Program-made: the position numbers and the translations under genes
Source of the DNA: Epiperipatus broadwayi
Taxonomy: Eukaryota; Animalia; Onychophora
Direction of reading: 5' to 3'
NCBI GenBank assembly: GCA_028023455.1
Contig: JAQFVV010000006.1
Span: 17,236,001 to 17,300,000 of the forward strand
DNA length: 64,000 nucleotides
Shown: piece after piece, positions 52,483 through 64,000 of the stretch
Numbering within the stretch: position 1 is the first letter of the stretch
Layout of the letters: each line of letters starts with the position of its first letter
Notes under the pieces: generated by a model
Told to the model about the DNA's origin: nothing
Seen by the model: only the letters and a program-made list of their open reading frames with translations
Databases searched by the model: none

Positions 52483-53307
52483 CACAAGCATAAGAGGAGG
52501 TGGTCATGTGATGTGCTGAAAGTTTGAGACTTGTAATCAAACTATAGAAAATTGCTTTCTAAAAAATTCTAAACAAATGATGAAAATATGTACAAGAGAT
52601 TGTGATCTGGTCAAATGATGAATGCTGGTTCAGCATGAAATGCACACCTTTGGGATTATTTATCTTTTGTCACATATCTTTGGCCATATGTTTCAGAAAA
52701 TTGTAATGAAATAGTATATGAAGTTAAAAGCATATCCCAAAAAAGAATATAAATGACATTAAAATTACACTATGAGCTATGTATGTCTTACTCATTTGAA
52801 AAAAGTAAACTGGGGGTTTCAAAAATGCATCCAGAGTGAGAGAGGTTTGTCTGACTGGTTGTGATATGATTGAGCTCCAGTGAAAGATGCAATGAGATAA
52901 GAATAAAATTTGAATATATATATTCATCAATTATGCAATTTAATTTAAAAATTATATACATTAATATATTAAGAAAAAATATTTAACAAAAAAAAAAAAC
53001 AGAATAATGCTATTATGATAAAGATACTGGAACAATAAATCACAAGAGATTAAGAGAGCAAGCACATTTACATGTGGATGTGTTCTCAAATCTTGGTGTG
53101 TAGTGTGAATGTATTCATGTGATCACATGTTAAAAAGGTAAAACTTAGTACTGTATTCCTTTTCAATCTGTTTCGGGGGGGGGGGGGTAGGGGTTGAAGA
53201 TGACATGCAAGAGATAAAATACCTAAGCAATGTTAAAATTGTAAACTTCCCATTATTTTGCCTCATAAATATCAGTAGCCATTTTCTTATGTTTTTACTA
53301 CGACAAG

Positions 53308-53465
53308 AGTAATTAGAAGGGATTTGAACCCAGACTTTAAAGCCTCCTCCAGTCATCCACTCCATCCCATACAACCGATACACTTGTGAAAAAGACGATC
53401 TCCAAGATACGTATTTCGTACTGAACTAGCGCTCATCAGTTAGTTCGGATCATCATCTCCTATCA
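53308..53465 (-). mobile_element. Family 1 copy H
   Basis: Minus strand reads GGAGATGATGATC...hammerhead...GTGTATCGGTTGTATGGGATGG...AAAGTCTGGGTTCAAATCCC. Confidence 0.85.
53394..53454 (-). ncRNA. Type I hammerhead ribozyme, intact core and palindromic helix III (copy H)
   Basis: GATGATC-CGA-ACTAA-CTGATGA-GCGCT/AGTTC/AGTAC-GAAA-TACGTA-TC-TTGGA-GATCGTC. AUC triplet, with predicted cleavage between 53406 and 53405. Helix II has one mismatch. Confidence 0.85.
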
Positions 53466-54431
53466 CAAGAATAGCATTTGCTGTTTCAATCTCCATCTTT
53501 AAATCTTTCCTGACTTCTTCTAATGTTTTACATTTCAAAAAATCATAATTAATAGTTTAGTTTTACATTTTAAACTACAATTGAAGACATTAAAAAAATA
53601 TCTACAATCATGTTTGAAATGTAAAATATGTTAGTTATAATCCCTAGTGATAGAGTCACAGGTTTGAGAGCAGAAGGTTCTCTGACTGAAATTCATCGGG
53701 TCATTTCTGGTGCTCGAACATCACCTGCCTTCCCCGCGCAATTATTATTTTTCATTATTATTGTTTTTATTGACAGGTATTTGTCATGAATAAGAGCTTG
53801 CTAAAAACGAACATTTATAATGGGATTTTGTGAACATAATATCTATATAATTGAAGTAGAATAAATATATTTTTAAAATATATATAAAAAACAATAAATA
53901 TATTTTTAGCTGCTACTCTTGATGTTTTGTTATTATTTTCTTCTAAGGGAGGAAGGAGGATTGATGTTTGTATAAAATTCCTATCTGTGTTCATCGAGCT
54001 TATTTAAGCGGTCGGTATTAAAAATTACTTTAAGCGTCTGAGACTTTACTGAAGGCATGTTTGCAGGTTAAGTAAATGTGTTATTAACTAAGAATATCCC
54101 AGATGCTCATTAGCATATATCAGTTTTACAATTATCAAGGAGAGATTTTTTTCTTTCAAAAGATTCAAAACAATGATGTTGCTAAAGATAACAACTTTGC
54201 TTTCAGATTTTAAAAAAAAGAAAAGAAAAAGTGATTTCTTGATTAAAGACGTTAATCTACAAGGAATATTTCATTTTGTTACTTGTGAAATTGGTATTGG
54301 CAACAAAAAAAAAAACACGGATACCCTTAAAAGAATTTTAAATGAAATTTAAATAAGTGATATAGTTTTTATGGCAATATAAATATCCTGACTTCAGTTT
54401 TTTTTGTAGATAAGTGAAAAATGTTGAGCAA

Positions 54432-54760
54432 GTCATCATCATCGTTTTCAAATCTCCAAGTTTAATGCAGTTTTTCTATGTTTAATAGTTTCCCGTTTCC
54501 ACATTACACCACCAGACTGTCTTACTTTATCCAATCATCTTATACGTGGTCTCTTTCTAGGTCTTTTACAATATTTGAACTTTAAGTTAAGATTTCAATT
54601 GTCAATCTATTATAATTTTTCTTAGCAACATGTCAAGCCTAGCTCCACTTCAGTCTTCATTTTTTCAATGATGTCTGTAACATCTGTTTGTTCTCTGACT
54701 CAAGTATTTAGTTTTCAATCTTTTTTTATTATTCCTAATCTACATATCTCCATATTTTGT
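54432..54760 (-). mobile_element. RTE LINE family A 3' fragment
   Basis: (CAT)n start, and the reverse complement aligns to 60780-61110. Confidence 0.8.
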
Positions 54761-55420
54761 TGAGTTGAGTAAGTAACATATACTAAAATTTATCATTCGA
54801 GCTGGTTTAGTCTTCTTTGGAGGAATGCATTTTTTACATGCCATTGACTAGCATATTCTTTCTATCATTGAGCTTAAAACACTTTTGTTTGATATTAAAA
54901 TAGTTAATTTTGAAATTATTTGTAGATTAAAAAGTTTATAATTGAATGAAATTGCAAGTTCCAATAATTCATAGTTTAGGTTCAAAATTGGTACCTGTGC
55001 AGCTTTAGCATCTGGGACCAACTTTAGCTTCTTTACTATTAAACTAGAACTTTAAAAAAAAAAAAAAAAATTCTAAGAATCTTTCTGAGCCAACTATGAC
55101 AATTTTCTGCAACCTCAATTTGTTTCTCCTGATTTCATTTTTTTCTCTCTTTTTGTTTCTTATTATTTATTTGTTCTTTGGCCTTTTTTTTTTTTTTGTA
55201 AAGTTAGAATGATCACACTCTTTTATGAATGGTGACAAGTAATAATGCTTAATTAATCTTCATGTGTATTTCTTATCTATATTATTTGTGTAACTTGGGT
55301 TATATTCAATTCAGAATGAAAGTTTTATATCCTTTGAGTTGACTTCTTCATAATAAAAGTTTAGTCCAAATATTACTACATATATTTATAAAAAAAAAAT
55401 ACTGAAAGTCTTCATAGCAT

Positions 55421-55524
55421 GTCAAGCATCAGTGGTCGAGAGGTCAGCGACAACTGCTTTACAAGCAGTTGTCCCGGGATAGCGGGTTTGCTTCCCGGAT
55501 CATGCTATGATACATAAGAGGGAA
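55421..55524 (+). mobile_element. tRNA-Gly-derived SINE (TTTACAA loop variant) with 16-bp TSD
   Basis: GCATCAGTGGTCGAGAGGTCAGCGACAACTGCTTTACAAGCAGTTGTC...GCTATGATACAT, with TSD AAAGTCTTCATAGCAT at 55405-55420 and 55525-55540. Confidence 0.88.
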
Positions 55525-58500
55525 AAAGTCTTCATAGCATAGCAGTTAACATGTGGTTGCTTTGTTCATGATCTGGTAATCGAAACCAGTGAGTATGAAG
55601 ATTGTCAGCTTCTAAACATGATTAAGAATTTTTGTATCATGATATCCAGCCTGTGTCAACAGAATAAGTCATGGGAATTATTAATTGTAAGTGGATATCT
55701 AAATATTCTAGTCAGGGGACTAAAGTGAAGAAGGAATGTCAGGAAACTTATTATAGCACTAATTTCTCTACAGAAAAGGAATGGAAAAGCCATGACCTTA
55801 TAGCTGATTGTTTGAAAGACTGCTAATGTTAACATTAAAGCTATTATAATAAATAAAAATGTCCCCTATTAGTTTTTATTGTAATACATAGGGATCCATA
55901 TTCTTTGTGTACTTGATTAGTTTCAAAGAAATTAATTAAAAAACCAAATTCAGGAATAAAGATTGTTAAATTCTCAAAGGGAATAATCAGTACAAAGGCA
56001 CAATAAATGATATCAAAAACAATTAATATAAACATTAATTTTGTTTTGTATGAAACATATATTTAAAATATAATTAAAGTTGTGAATTAAATAAACACTA
56101 AAGTTCAAGTTTTATGTGGAAATAGTAACGATTTGGTAACTTACGTAATGGCCGCATTTGAAAAATATAGATTCGATATAATAAAAAAAATATATAGTGC
56201 AAATACAATTTTGAAGCAAAGTTTATTCAGGTGAAATAAATCTCTGATTGCTAATGGCAATTACACTCAAAAACAAAATTTTAATTTGATCAGCTAACGG
56301 AAAATTCTTTTCATTTAAATTTCTCAAAAAATTTTTTTATTTTATTTTAAAACGTTGAAAGATTTCAATGGGTTGTTTATTGCCGTACTCCCTTCTATTC
56401 TATTCTTAGTTATATGCTAATGAAAATAATATTACACTTTTATCTTTGAAATAATCTGGATAACCAACCAATAGAGTTTATTTCGCTTATGATCTTGCCT
56501 TTAATATTTTCTGAATCTTATGGAAGATCTTTAAATCAGTTTTTTCAGTGCCTTTATGTTAGGCTAATAATGGGTCTATGCTTTAAATCTGTTTATAACT
56601 GAATTGAAATGGATATATCATCACATTAAAATTACTCTATTTGTAGCTTATTAAAAAATACAGCAACAAATTGGAGTTGTGCTTCAGCATCCAAAAATCC
56701 ACCTTTCTATCTAAAATGCTACCAAAATATCATTTATTGGTTCATATTCTGAAACTAATAATCATCAATTCTAAAAATTGCTAAAGAGTTTTTTCAGTCT
56801 TTGACATTTAACATACTTATTGAATTAAGAATTTTATAAATTGCCTTGAAAACATTGAGAACACCAACATTTTAATATCGGGAGTAGCACATTTATTACC
56901 ATACTATGAATTTAGAAGCCATTAAGATGAAGTTCCTTCTTTTTTTTAAAAATCAAATTAAAACAAAAAAAAACATTTTGATATTTGTTTCATGAAGCTT
57001 TTTTATGAATTGTTCCAAAGATCACTGTCCTAAAAAAAAAAAAAAAAGGAAACAAATTTGGAACTAATATACATAATTTTTAAACATTGCTTTTATTTCA
57101 AGCACCTCAAATTTTTCACATAATCACTTCTCATATCATCATTTACAATATCAGTAAACTATCTAATTTCTAATACTCCATATTTTTCTATTAAGTCTTA
57201 AATGTTTTAACTAAATCAATAATTATAATTAATATATGTCACTCGTGAATTTACTTGACAACAAACACCAGCTTAAAATGTTTCTTGATTCATTAAACCA
57301 TATTTTCTTTGTTTGGAAGCACACATTCAGCAAAGTTCTTCAGAGTACTTTTATTATACTGATAGTAATGATGGCTCATCTTGAGAACTGAAGTCTCTTC
57401 TGCCTTTTATTTATATAAATTCAGAGTGCTGTTACAAGCTTCATAGGCAGTTTTGAAGTTCATTCGTCAGTAGCACATGTTCAATCTTTTCAAGTTAATG
57501 CAGTCTTTCTGTTGTTAAGCTTACAAAAGGTTCTAACATCAGACTGGATATTTTGAGTCATTAAGATGAATATATTGTTAATTGAAATTGTTTGTTCAAA
57601 ATATCATTATTATGAGTTAAAAGAATGGCATCCATTGAAAATATAGTTTTTTATTCCTTTTATTGTATCAAAAATAGATGGTCATGATCACCATCTTTTT
57701 TGTGGCTTAAATTCACTAATCTCCTTTCAGTCTTTTTATTAGTTATTTAACATTCAATTTTATGAAGTATGATGTGACTCCAAATTTATTTTATTCTGAC
57801 AAATGTAGAATGCTACATCTTCTTTTAATCAAATCATGAATAAAAGTCATCAGAAAATTAATCAGTTGTAATGAACCCAAGAACAGACTCACTCATTCGT
57901 GACTCCCCCCCCCTAACAGAAATACATAACTTGGTAATATTAACATTATTTGACCATCCAAATTGGCTATTTTAGCATCAAAACCTGTTCAAATTAGCAC
58001 TAGTTGCAGTTATTTCTAAAGAATTGATGTCAAATTTCTTTCTAATATGAAAGGAATAGGACTTATTTTTAATACAACCATATTTTTGAGTAGCATTCTG
58101 CGTCTATAATTGCTTATGGAATATCTTTTTTACATTCACACTCCTAATTATAACAATTCGTCAATTGCTAAAACAGTGAATCATCAATATAAATAAAATA
58201 ACTATTGCCAAGTGGCATTTTAGGCTCACCAAAATAGTACAGACCATATATGTAGTCCAAACGATTTTGCAATATTAGTGCATGAAACACGGCATGAAAA
58301 ACGCAAGATTAAAGAATCATATCTTATACAAAATTCATCTTGTGCTGTGAATTCAAAATTAACCAGTTTTCTGATTAGTTGTTCCTGGTCAATGCAATGA
58401 AATGTTGAATTTATCGCTTAGGAGAAAATAGGAGTTTTTTACTAACTTGATAAAATTCGTAGGAGTTGAAAGCGCTTGGCAAGAGTTATTTTATTTATAT

Positions 58501-59220
58501 TAATGATTCTTTGTTTTAGCAATTGACGAATTGTTATATTGTATTTTATAAGTTGTATTAACTGAAGTATTTTATTGATTTATTATTTATGAGAATGTAG
58601 AAGATATTATTCTTTTGATTGAATGTACTCAAAATAACAATGATTTTTATTTAAATAAAATATTTGTGTTGTGTGGAAAAAAACAAATATAAAAAAAAAA
58701 ATATCAACATTAAAAGCTATCATGTTCTTTATTATTATTTCGATAATTCGGGCCTTAGTTTACTATATGTGGGAAGAGGAAAACAATTTTTTTAATAATA
58801 TTGGTGTTATAATATTGGCCAGCATAAAAAAAAAAAGATCTTTGAACTGCATCAATTTAATATTGAAAAATAAGCACTGATAAAATTGTTTCCTGTTATT
58901 TTAGTAGTACCATTAGTCTTTATATAAAAACATTTCAATAATAGATAATAGTAAGTTAGATCTGAAGGTGAATTCAATATCCAAATGCCTCCTTTTCATT
59001 CATTTATTTTCTGCAAGAGTATATGCTGTCAGTTTCAGTTAAAAATGAATTTCACTATATATATATTTGAGGTTTAAAGTTTATATCTGTGCTAGAGATA
59101 ATATCTTGTTTCGATAATGATTAGTAATAATTATTGTATTTATCTGAAATGGATGGCATCAAAGTTGTGAGTGGAGGAAGTTTGACAATGGGCAATGAAA
59201 ATGTAACAATTTAAAACATT

Positions 59221-59326
59221 CAAATCATCCTTCACAACTTTTTAAATATATTTCAGCAATGCCATCTGCCAATAAATGTTCACAGAGGGCGTTGCTGAAA
59301 TGTCTTAACATTGTGAAGGATGTTTG
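59221..59326. repeat. Imperfect hairpin (MITE-like)
   Basis: CATCCTTCACAA..TTTCAGCAATGCC pairs with GGCGTTGCTGAAA..TTGTGAAGGATG. Confidence 0.7.
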
Positions 59327-59409
59327 CTATCTATTTTCACCTGATGGTATGCATTATAATATTTGCATATAATATTTAATGCCTGTAATAATGCTAAACT
59401 GGTACAAAA

Positions 59410-59632
59410 ATCCAAATATTAAATCACCCCTTATGGCTACGAAATCCAGCATCCTGCCTCTGTGAAACAATTATAAAAATAAATTAAGAGTTCATATTTC
59501 AAAATAGCCATTTTCAAAATGATTTGGAGGCTGGCTATTTTGAAATAAAGATTCTAATATATTTATATATTTGTTTCACGGAGGATAGTTGTTTGAATTT
59601 TTTAGCCAGGTGGGGTGATTAAATATTTGGAT
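59410..59632. repeat. Imperfect ~220-bp foldback (MITE-like)
   Basis: ATCCAAATATTAAATCACCCC pairs with GGGGTGATTAAATATTTGGAT, and the inner ATTTCAAAATAGCCA pairs with TGGCTATTTTGAAAT. Confidence 0.75.
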
Positions 59633-59650
59633 ATATGTGTGTTTGTATGC

Positions 59651-61113
59651 AGTTAAATGTATGAAGAAAGGAAAAGCTCCAGGTAATGATGGAATTATAA
59701 TTGATATATTAAAAGAAGCAGGTGAAGAAATAGAATTTTTTTTAAGTAAAGTTATACACCAAATATCTAAATGATAAAGATGTACCAGATGATTGGAAGA
59801 ATTTAGTAATAATATTAATATTTAATAAAGGTGATAAAGAAGATATTAGAAATTACAAACTTATCAGCCTTTTATCGGTTTTATACAAAATTTTTACCAA
59901 GATAATTACAACTCGTCTACAAAGAACATTGGATTTCCACCAACCAAGGGAACAAGCTGGATTTAAAAGTGGTTTTAGCACAGTAGATCATATCCAGGTA
60001 TTGAGAGAAGTTATAGAAAGGACAAATGAATATGAGTTGCCATTATGTTTTGGATTTGTAGATTATGAAAAGGCATTTGATTCTATAAACATTTCTTCAG
60101 TGATTAAAGCATTGGATCATCAAAGTATAGATCCAGATATTGTCATATTTTAAAGAATATTTATAAAAATGCAACAGCAACAGTTAGATTATGTAATGAT
60201 ACTGGGAAAGTCAACATTCAGAAAGGTGTAAGACAAGGTGACTCCATATCTCCAAAACTTTTTACAGCAGTGTTGTAAGAAGTATTTTGTGGATTAAAAT
60301 GGGAAACTAAAGTAGTGAAAGTAAATGGAGATTATTTAAGTCATTTAGATTCTGCAGATGATATAGTTGTTTTTGCAAATAATGCTTCAGAGCTGCAGGA
60401 AATGTTGCAAGAGTTATCAAATGAAAGAGGACTAAAGATAAATGTTAAAAAGTCTAAAGTAATGTTTAATCGATTTGCTCAAAATATGAAAATAAAGATT
60501 GATTATGATGAATTAGAAGAAGTTAACAGTTACAAATACCTTGGTCAGATTATTAATACAGATGGAAACATAATGGATGAAATTAAACATAGAATTAAAC
60601 TTGGTTGGAGTGCTTTTGGTAGAAATAACTTGATACTAAAAGGAAATATGCCTATGTGTTTGAAAAGGAAGGTTTTTAACAAATGGGTTTTACCACTTCT
60701 TACTTATGGATCTGAGACTTGGACACTTAATAGAAGAGCAATACAGAGACTCCAGACCACTCAAAGAAGTATGGAGAGATGCATGTTGGGAGTAACAAGA
60801 AGAGATCGAAAACACAATGTATGGGTAAGAGAACAAACAGGTGTTACTGACCTCATTGAAAAAATTAAAAGATTGGAGTTGGGCTGGACATATTGCTAGA
60901 AAAGATGATAATAGATGGGCAATTGAAATCTTAAACTGGATTCCAAGAGATTGTAAAAGACCCAGAAAGAGACCACATGTGAGATGGATGGATGAAATAA
61001 GAAAGTGTGCAGGGGTGATGTGGAGAAGAGAAGCTAAAGATCGGAGAAGATGGATTAAACTTGGAGAGACCTTCATCCTGCAGTGGATTGATAATGGTTG
61101 ATGATGATGATGT
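59651..61113 (+). mobile_element. 5'-truncated RTE LINE (family A), RT domain with stops and frameshifts
   Basis: KAPGNDG, QPREQAGFKSGFSTVDH, FVDYEKAFDS, KGVRQGDSISPKLF, SADDIV (the [YF]ADD motif altered), YKYLG, LTYGSETW, WAGHIAR and a (GAT)n tail. Confidence 0.95.
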
Positions 61114-61139
61114 ATGGCTTTATATAGCTCAAGATTTCA

Positions 61140-61230
61140 TAGATTCAAACACCAGAAGTGCCTGTCCTGAATTCAATCTTAGGATCCCACATTCCAGAGT
61201 CTGATATTCTGCCACTGCACTACACCATAT
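61140..61230 (-). mobile_element. tRNA-like SINE remnant
   Basis: Minus strand reads GGTGTAGTGCAGTGGCAGAATATCAGACTCTGGAATGTGGGATCC, which resembles a tRNA 5' half. Confidence 0.4.
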
Positions 61231-62384
61231 GACATGGATTTCACTAAGAACAGCTCTATCAATCTTAAATTTTGAGCTCCTTCACCATAAGAACTGCAAC
61301 GAAAATTTAGTAGTATTAGAATTCGGGATTATCCAGATGACCGGATTTTTTTTCTTTTTTAAAGAAATTAAGATATTCCTCAATCGATTTTTAATAAATG
61401 AGCTCTTTCGTATACAACTAGATTTTTTTTATTTGCCTTAACGCGGAGTTGTAGCAGTTGTTATTAAAAATGACCTTGTTTCACTTTCAATATTTATTTT
61501 CTGTCATTTTATATTTCATTCTTTCCATACAATATAATTACTATTTGAAAATTAATTTTTTTTATTGTTTTCATTTTTCCTCTTCAGCCATGCATGTAGA
61601 ACAATTATGAAGAAATCACATTTTATTTATCCATCGATTAATGCAGTTATTTATTGATTTTCTAAGATTAATAAACAAAATCATTTTGCATGGATGTTAA
61701 TTTTTACAATTCAGTGAGTTTATTTTTAGATTTTGTTTTTTTATAAATGGAAAAATTCGTATTGTTTGTTGAAATCAAGAAGATGCTTAAAATAATGTGT
61801 ACGTAATAATAATAAAAATTTGTCTGTAACAGAATTATGAATCAGTTCCAATAGAATGGACATTCGAAAAATATAAATTTGATTAAAAAATTGTTATCAG
61901 AATATATCAACCCACTAACATTTTCATTTTTTTTAAAATTAGTGCGTCTTTCATTTAGTTCAGACATAACGCCACCGTCCATCCTGACCATTATGTGACT
62001 ACTATTATACTAATAATTAAACAATAAAATATTAAGGGTAATAATAAATTTTAGAAATAACTCAAGTCGCAGATGTATTTTCAGTTAATTTCATAACCAC
62101 CGTCAAACTAGAAACTTTTTAAGTATTCATTTATAACATTTATATATATATATTAAATGTATAGTTTAATGTTTGCATTTTCCCCATATAGCTTGAAATG
62201 TTTTTGCTGATATTACTCGTGATTACCAACATCACCCTATACTGGCGTGGTTTAGTTTAGTTATCATTATATCCTCAAGGTTTGTCACGATGGCATTTCA
62301 ATAGTAAAATATATGTTAGAACTATTTCCATCATCTAATAATATTCAATATTGAATATCTTTAAATTTTCCATATGACATGATA

Positions 62385-62480
62385 TTTTGAGTGGTGTTAT
62401 TCTATCTTCTTGCTGGCCTGAGCAGTGACAGTACTAACATGGGACCCAAACAGGGATCTTTCGATTCATGAACCTTATAA
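62385..62480 (-). mobile_element. SINE family 2 fragment
   Basis: GCTGGCCTGAGCAGTGACAGTACTAACATGGGA resembles 47770-47805 and 50260-50300. Confidence 0.5.
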
Positions 62481-63024
62481 ATCCAATATTCACAAATCTA
62501 AAAATTCAGATTCCACTCCTATGCTAATACTGTCAATGGTCACTAGCATTACTTGAAGAAGAGTTGAAAAATAATAGCACTCAAAAAATGTTGTATGTTT
62601 GGAAAGTTTAAATGAAATCTTAATTTTTCTATAATTATACTGTAATAATTTTGTGTATTGATATACTTTATGCATTGGGCAAGAATTTCAAAAGATATGT
62701 ATTTCTTGTTATAAAGCATCTTCAAACGGCAAACATTAAATGGTTAAATAAATTAAAGAGAATAATTTTAATTCACTTGTGCAAATTGGGCATACTCTTA
62801 GCCGTACTCAATTAATGAATCTGTGTTCTTGATAAACCATAGGTCTTTTATTTTCCCTTTACTATCATTCTCTTCATTGCAAACTATCTTTCTATTTTTA
62901 GACTCAAAAACATGACCTTAACTTTAATATAAGAGAGCCAACTAAGATTCTACAACTTTTAAGTTTTTGGATCATAAAACGGTATAAGGTCATATTTTTG
63001 ACCACAAAAATGTAAGAAGAGTTT

Positions 63025-63140
63025 GCAATCTACATTTATCTTTTTTACATGTGTGTGGTCATGGATATCAATTGTATGAGATAGTGTGGGTAGTTGAAGG
63101 GTGCTTGAAAATCTGAGTTCAAATCCCCTATACTTATAAT
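63025..63140 (+). repeat. Family 1 body fragment starting just downstream of the predicted cleavage site
   Basis: ATTTATCTTTTTTACATGTGTGTGGTCATG...GAAAATCTGAGTTCAAATCCCCTATA. Confidence 0.85.
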
Positions 63141-63899
63141 GATAGAAAATAAAGAGAAGCCTTATTTCGTAATAGTAGAGACTGATGAATCAAACATCCA
63201 CCAATATTCCATCGAGTGCAACTTGGAGCATGCACAAGTAATTTTTTTTTATTACATTTACCAGTCTAATATATTGTTTTTTTTCATAAGTTTGCGTTTT
63301 AAAGAAGGTTTTTGTGCACAGATAATTTATTTAAGAATTAAATAATGTATCTTATTGAAATTTTTGCTTCATACAAGCATTTATATGAATGCACAAAAAT
63401 AATTTAGTTTTAAACAATGATAGTCAGCCATTACACATGCATTGTATTGTTATATTAAATCAAAATTTTTGTCGAATGTGAGAAAACTCGATCCAAGTCA
63501 CATGATAGAGACTTTGAAAAGGTAAAAGCACATGTGTAAGGGTTAATTACCTTCTGTTTAAAATTACAGTTTGAAACTGTGCTAGTAAATATCTTAGTCA
63601 ATTACATAAAAATAATTAAACATTACTAACAGGATAATAAGCATAAACAAATAAATAAGAATAAAAGTAGAAGATAATAACAACGACAATAATAATAATA
63701 GCAGTAAAACTTAAAAAAAAAAAAAAGATTTATGCCTTTTATTTATTTTATTTTTGAAGGTTGATAGACTAAGGAGAAAAGCAAATTCAATGCAGTCTTA
63801 CAATCAATAGATGAAATGAATTCTTATTTTAGCTATCAGTTATTATTTTACATATGATATTTGAATACAAGTATAATTTATATACTTGGAATTTAAATG

Positions 63900-64000
63900 T
63901 AATTATAGGGGATTTGAAAACAGACTTTTAAGCCCCTCCTCAGGTATCTACTATATCTCTTACAATCGATACACATGACCACACACATATGAAAAAGATA
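63900..64000 (-). repeat. Family 1 body fragment (runs off window end)
   Basis: GGGGATTTGAAAACAGACTTT...GATACACATGACCACACACATATGAAAAAGATA. Confidence 0.85.

Noticed and set aside
60690-61076. 128-aa minus-strand ORF, and the similar 29634-29939 ORF
   Set aside because: Antisense shadow of the RTE C-terminus.

Overview
Strongly AT-rich eukaryotic DNA, probably from an invertebrate animal. It is almost entirely non-coding and looks like the interior of one or more large introns. I found no intact multi-exon gene. The supplied ORFs are transposon remnants, microsatellite read-through or chance ORFs. One convincing 33-nt cassette exon lies at 9793-9825 (+). The window is dense in repeats: two RTE-type LINE families, an APE endonuclease fragment, an Ingi/Vingi-like 3' end, tRNA-derived SINEs with target-site duplications, a hAT MITE and several foldback elements. 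The main result is a dispersed repeat family (family 1; at least 11 fragments, 7 covering the ribozyme core). Its consensus is a type I hammerhead ribozyme (HHR): ACCAA-CTGATGA-GTGCT-loop-AGCAC-GAAA-TACGTA-TA/TC-TTGGT. It has a palindromic helix III, compensatory changes in helix I, a tandem ~480-nt arrangement, inverted junctions and a downstream tRNA-type B-box. This resembles a retrozyme, Sm-alpha-like or Penelope-mobilised element. Up to three further, unrelated and degenerate hammerhead-like motifs also occur (15.9, 25.2 and 41.6 kb). All alignments and folds were done by eye, so repeat boundaries are approximate and no ribozyme activity has been shown.
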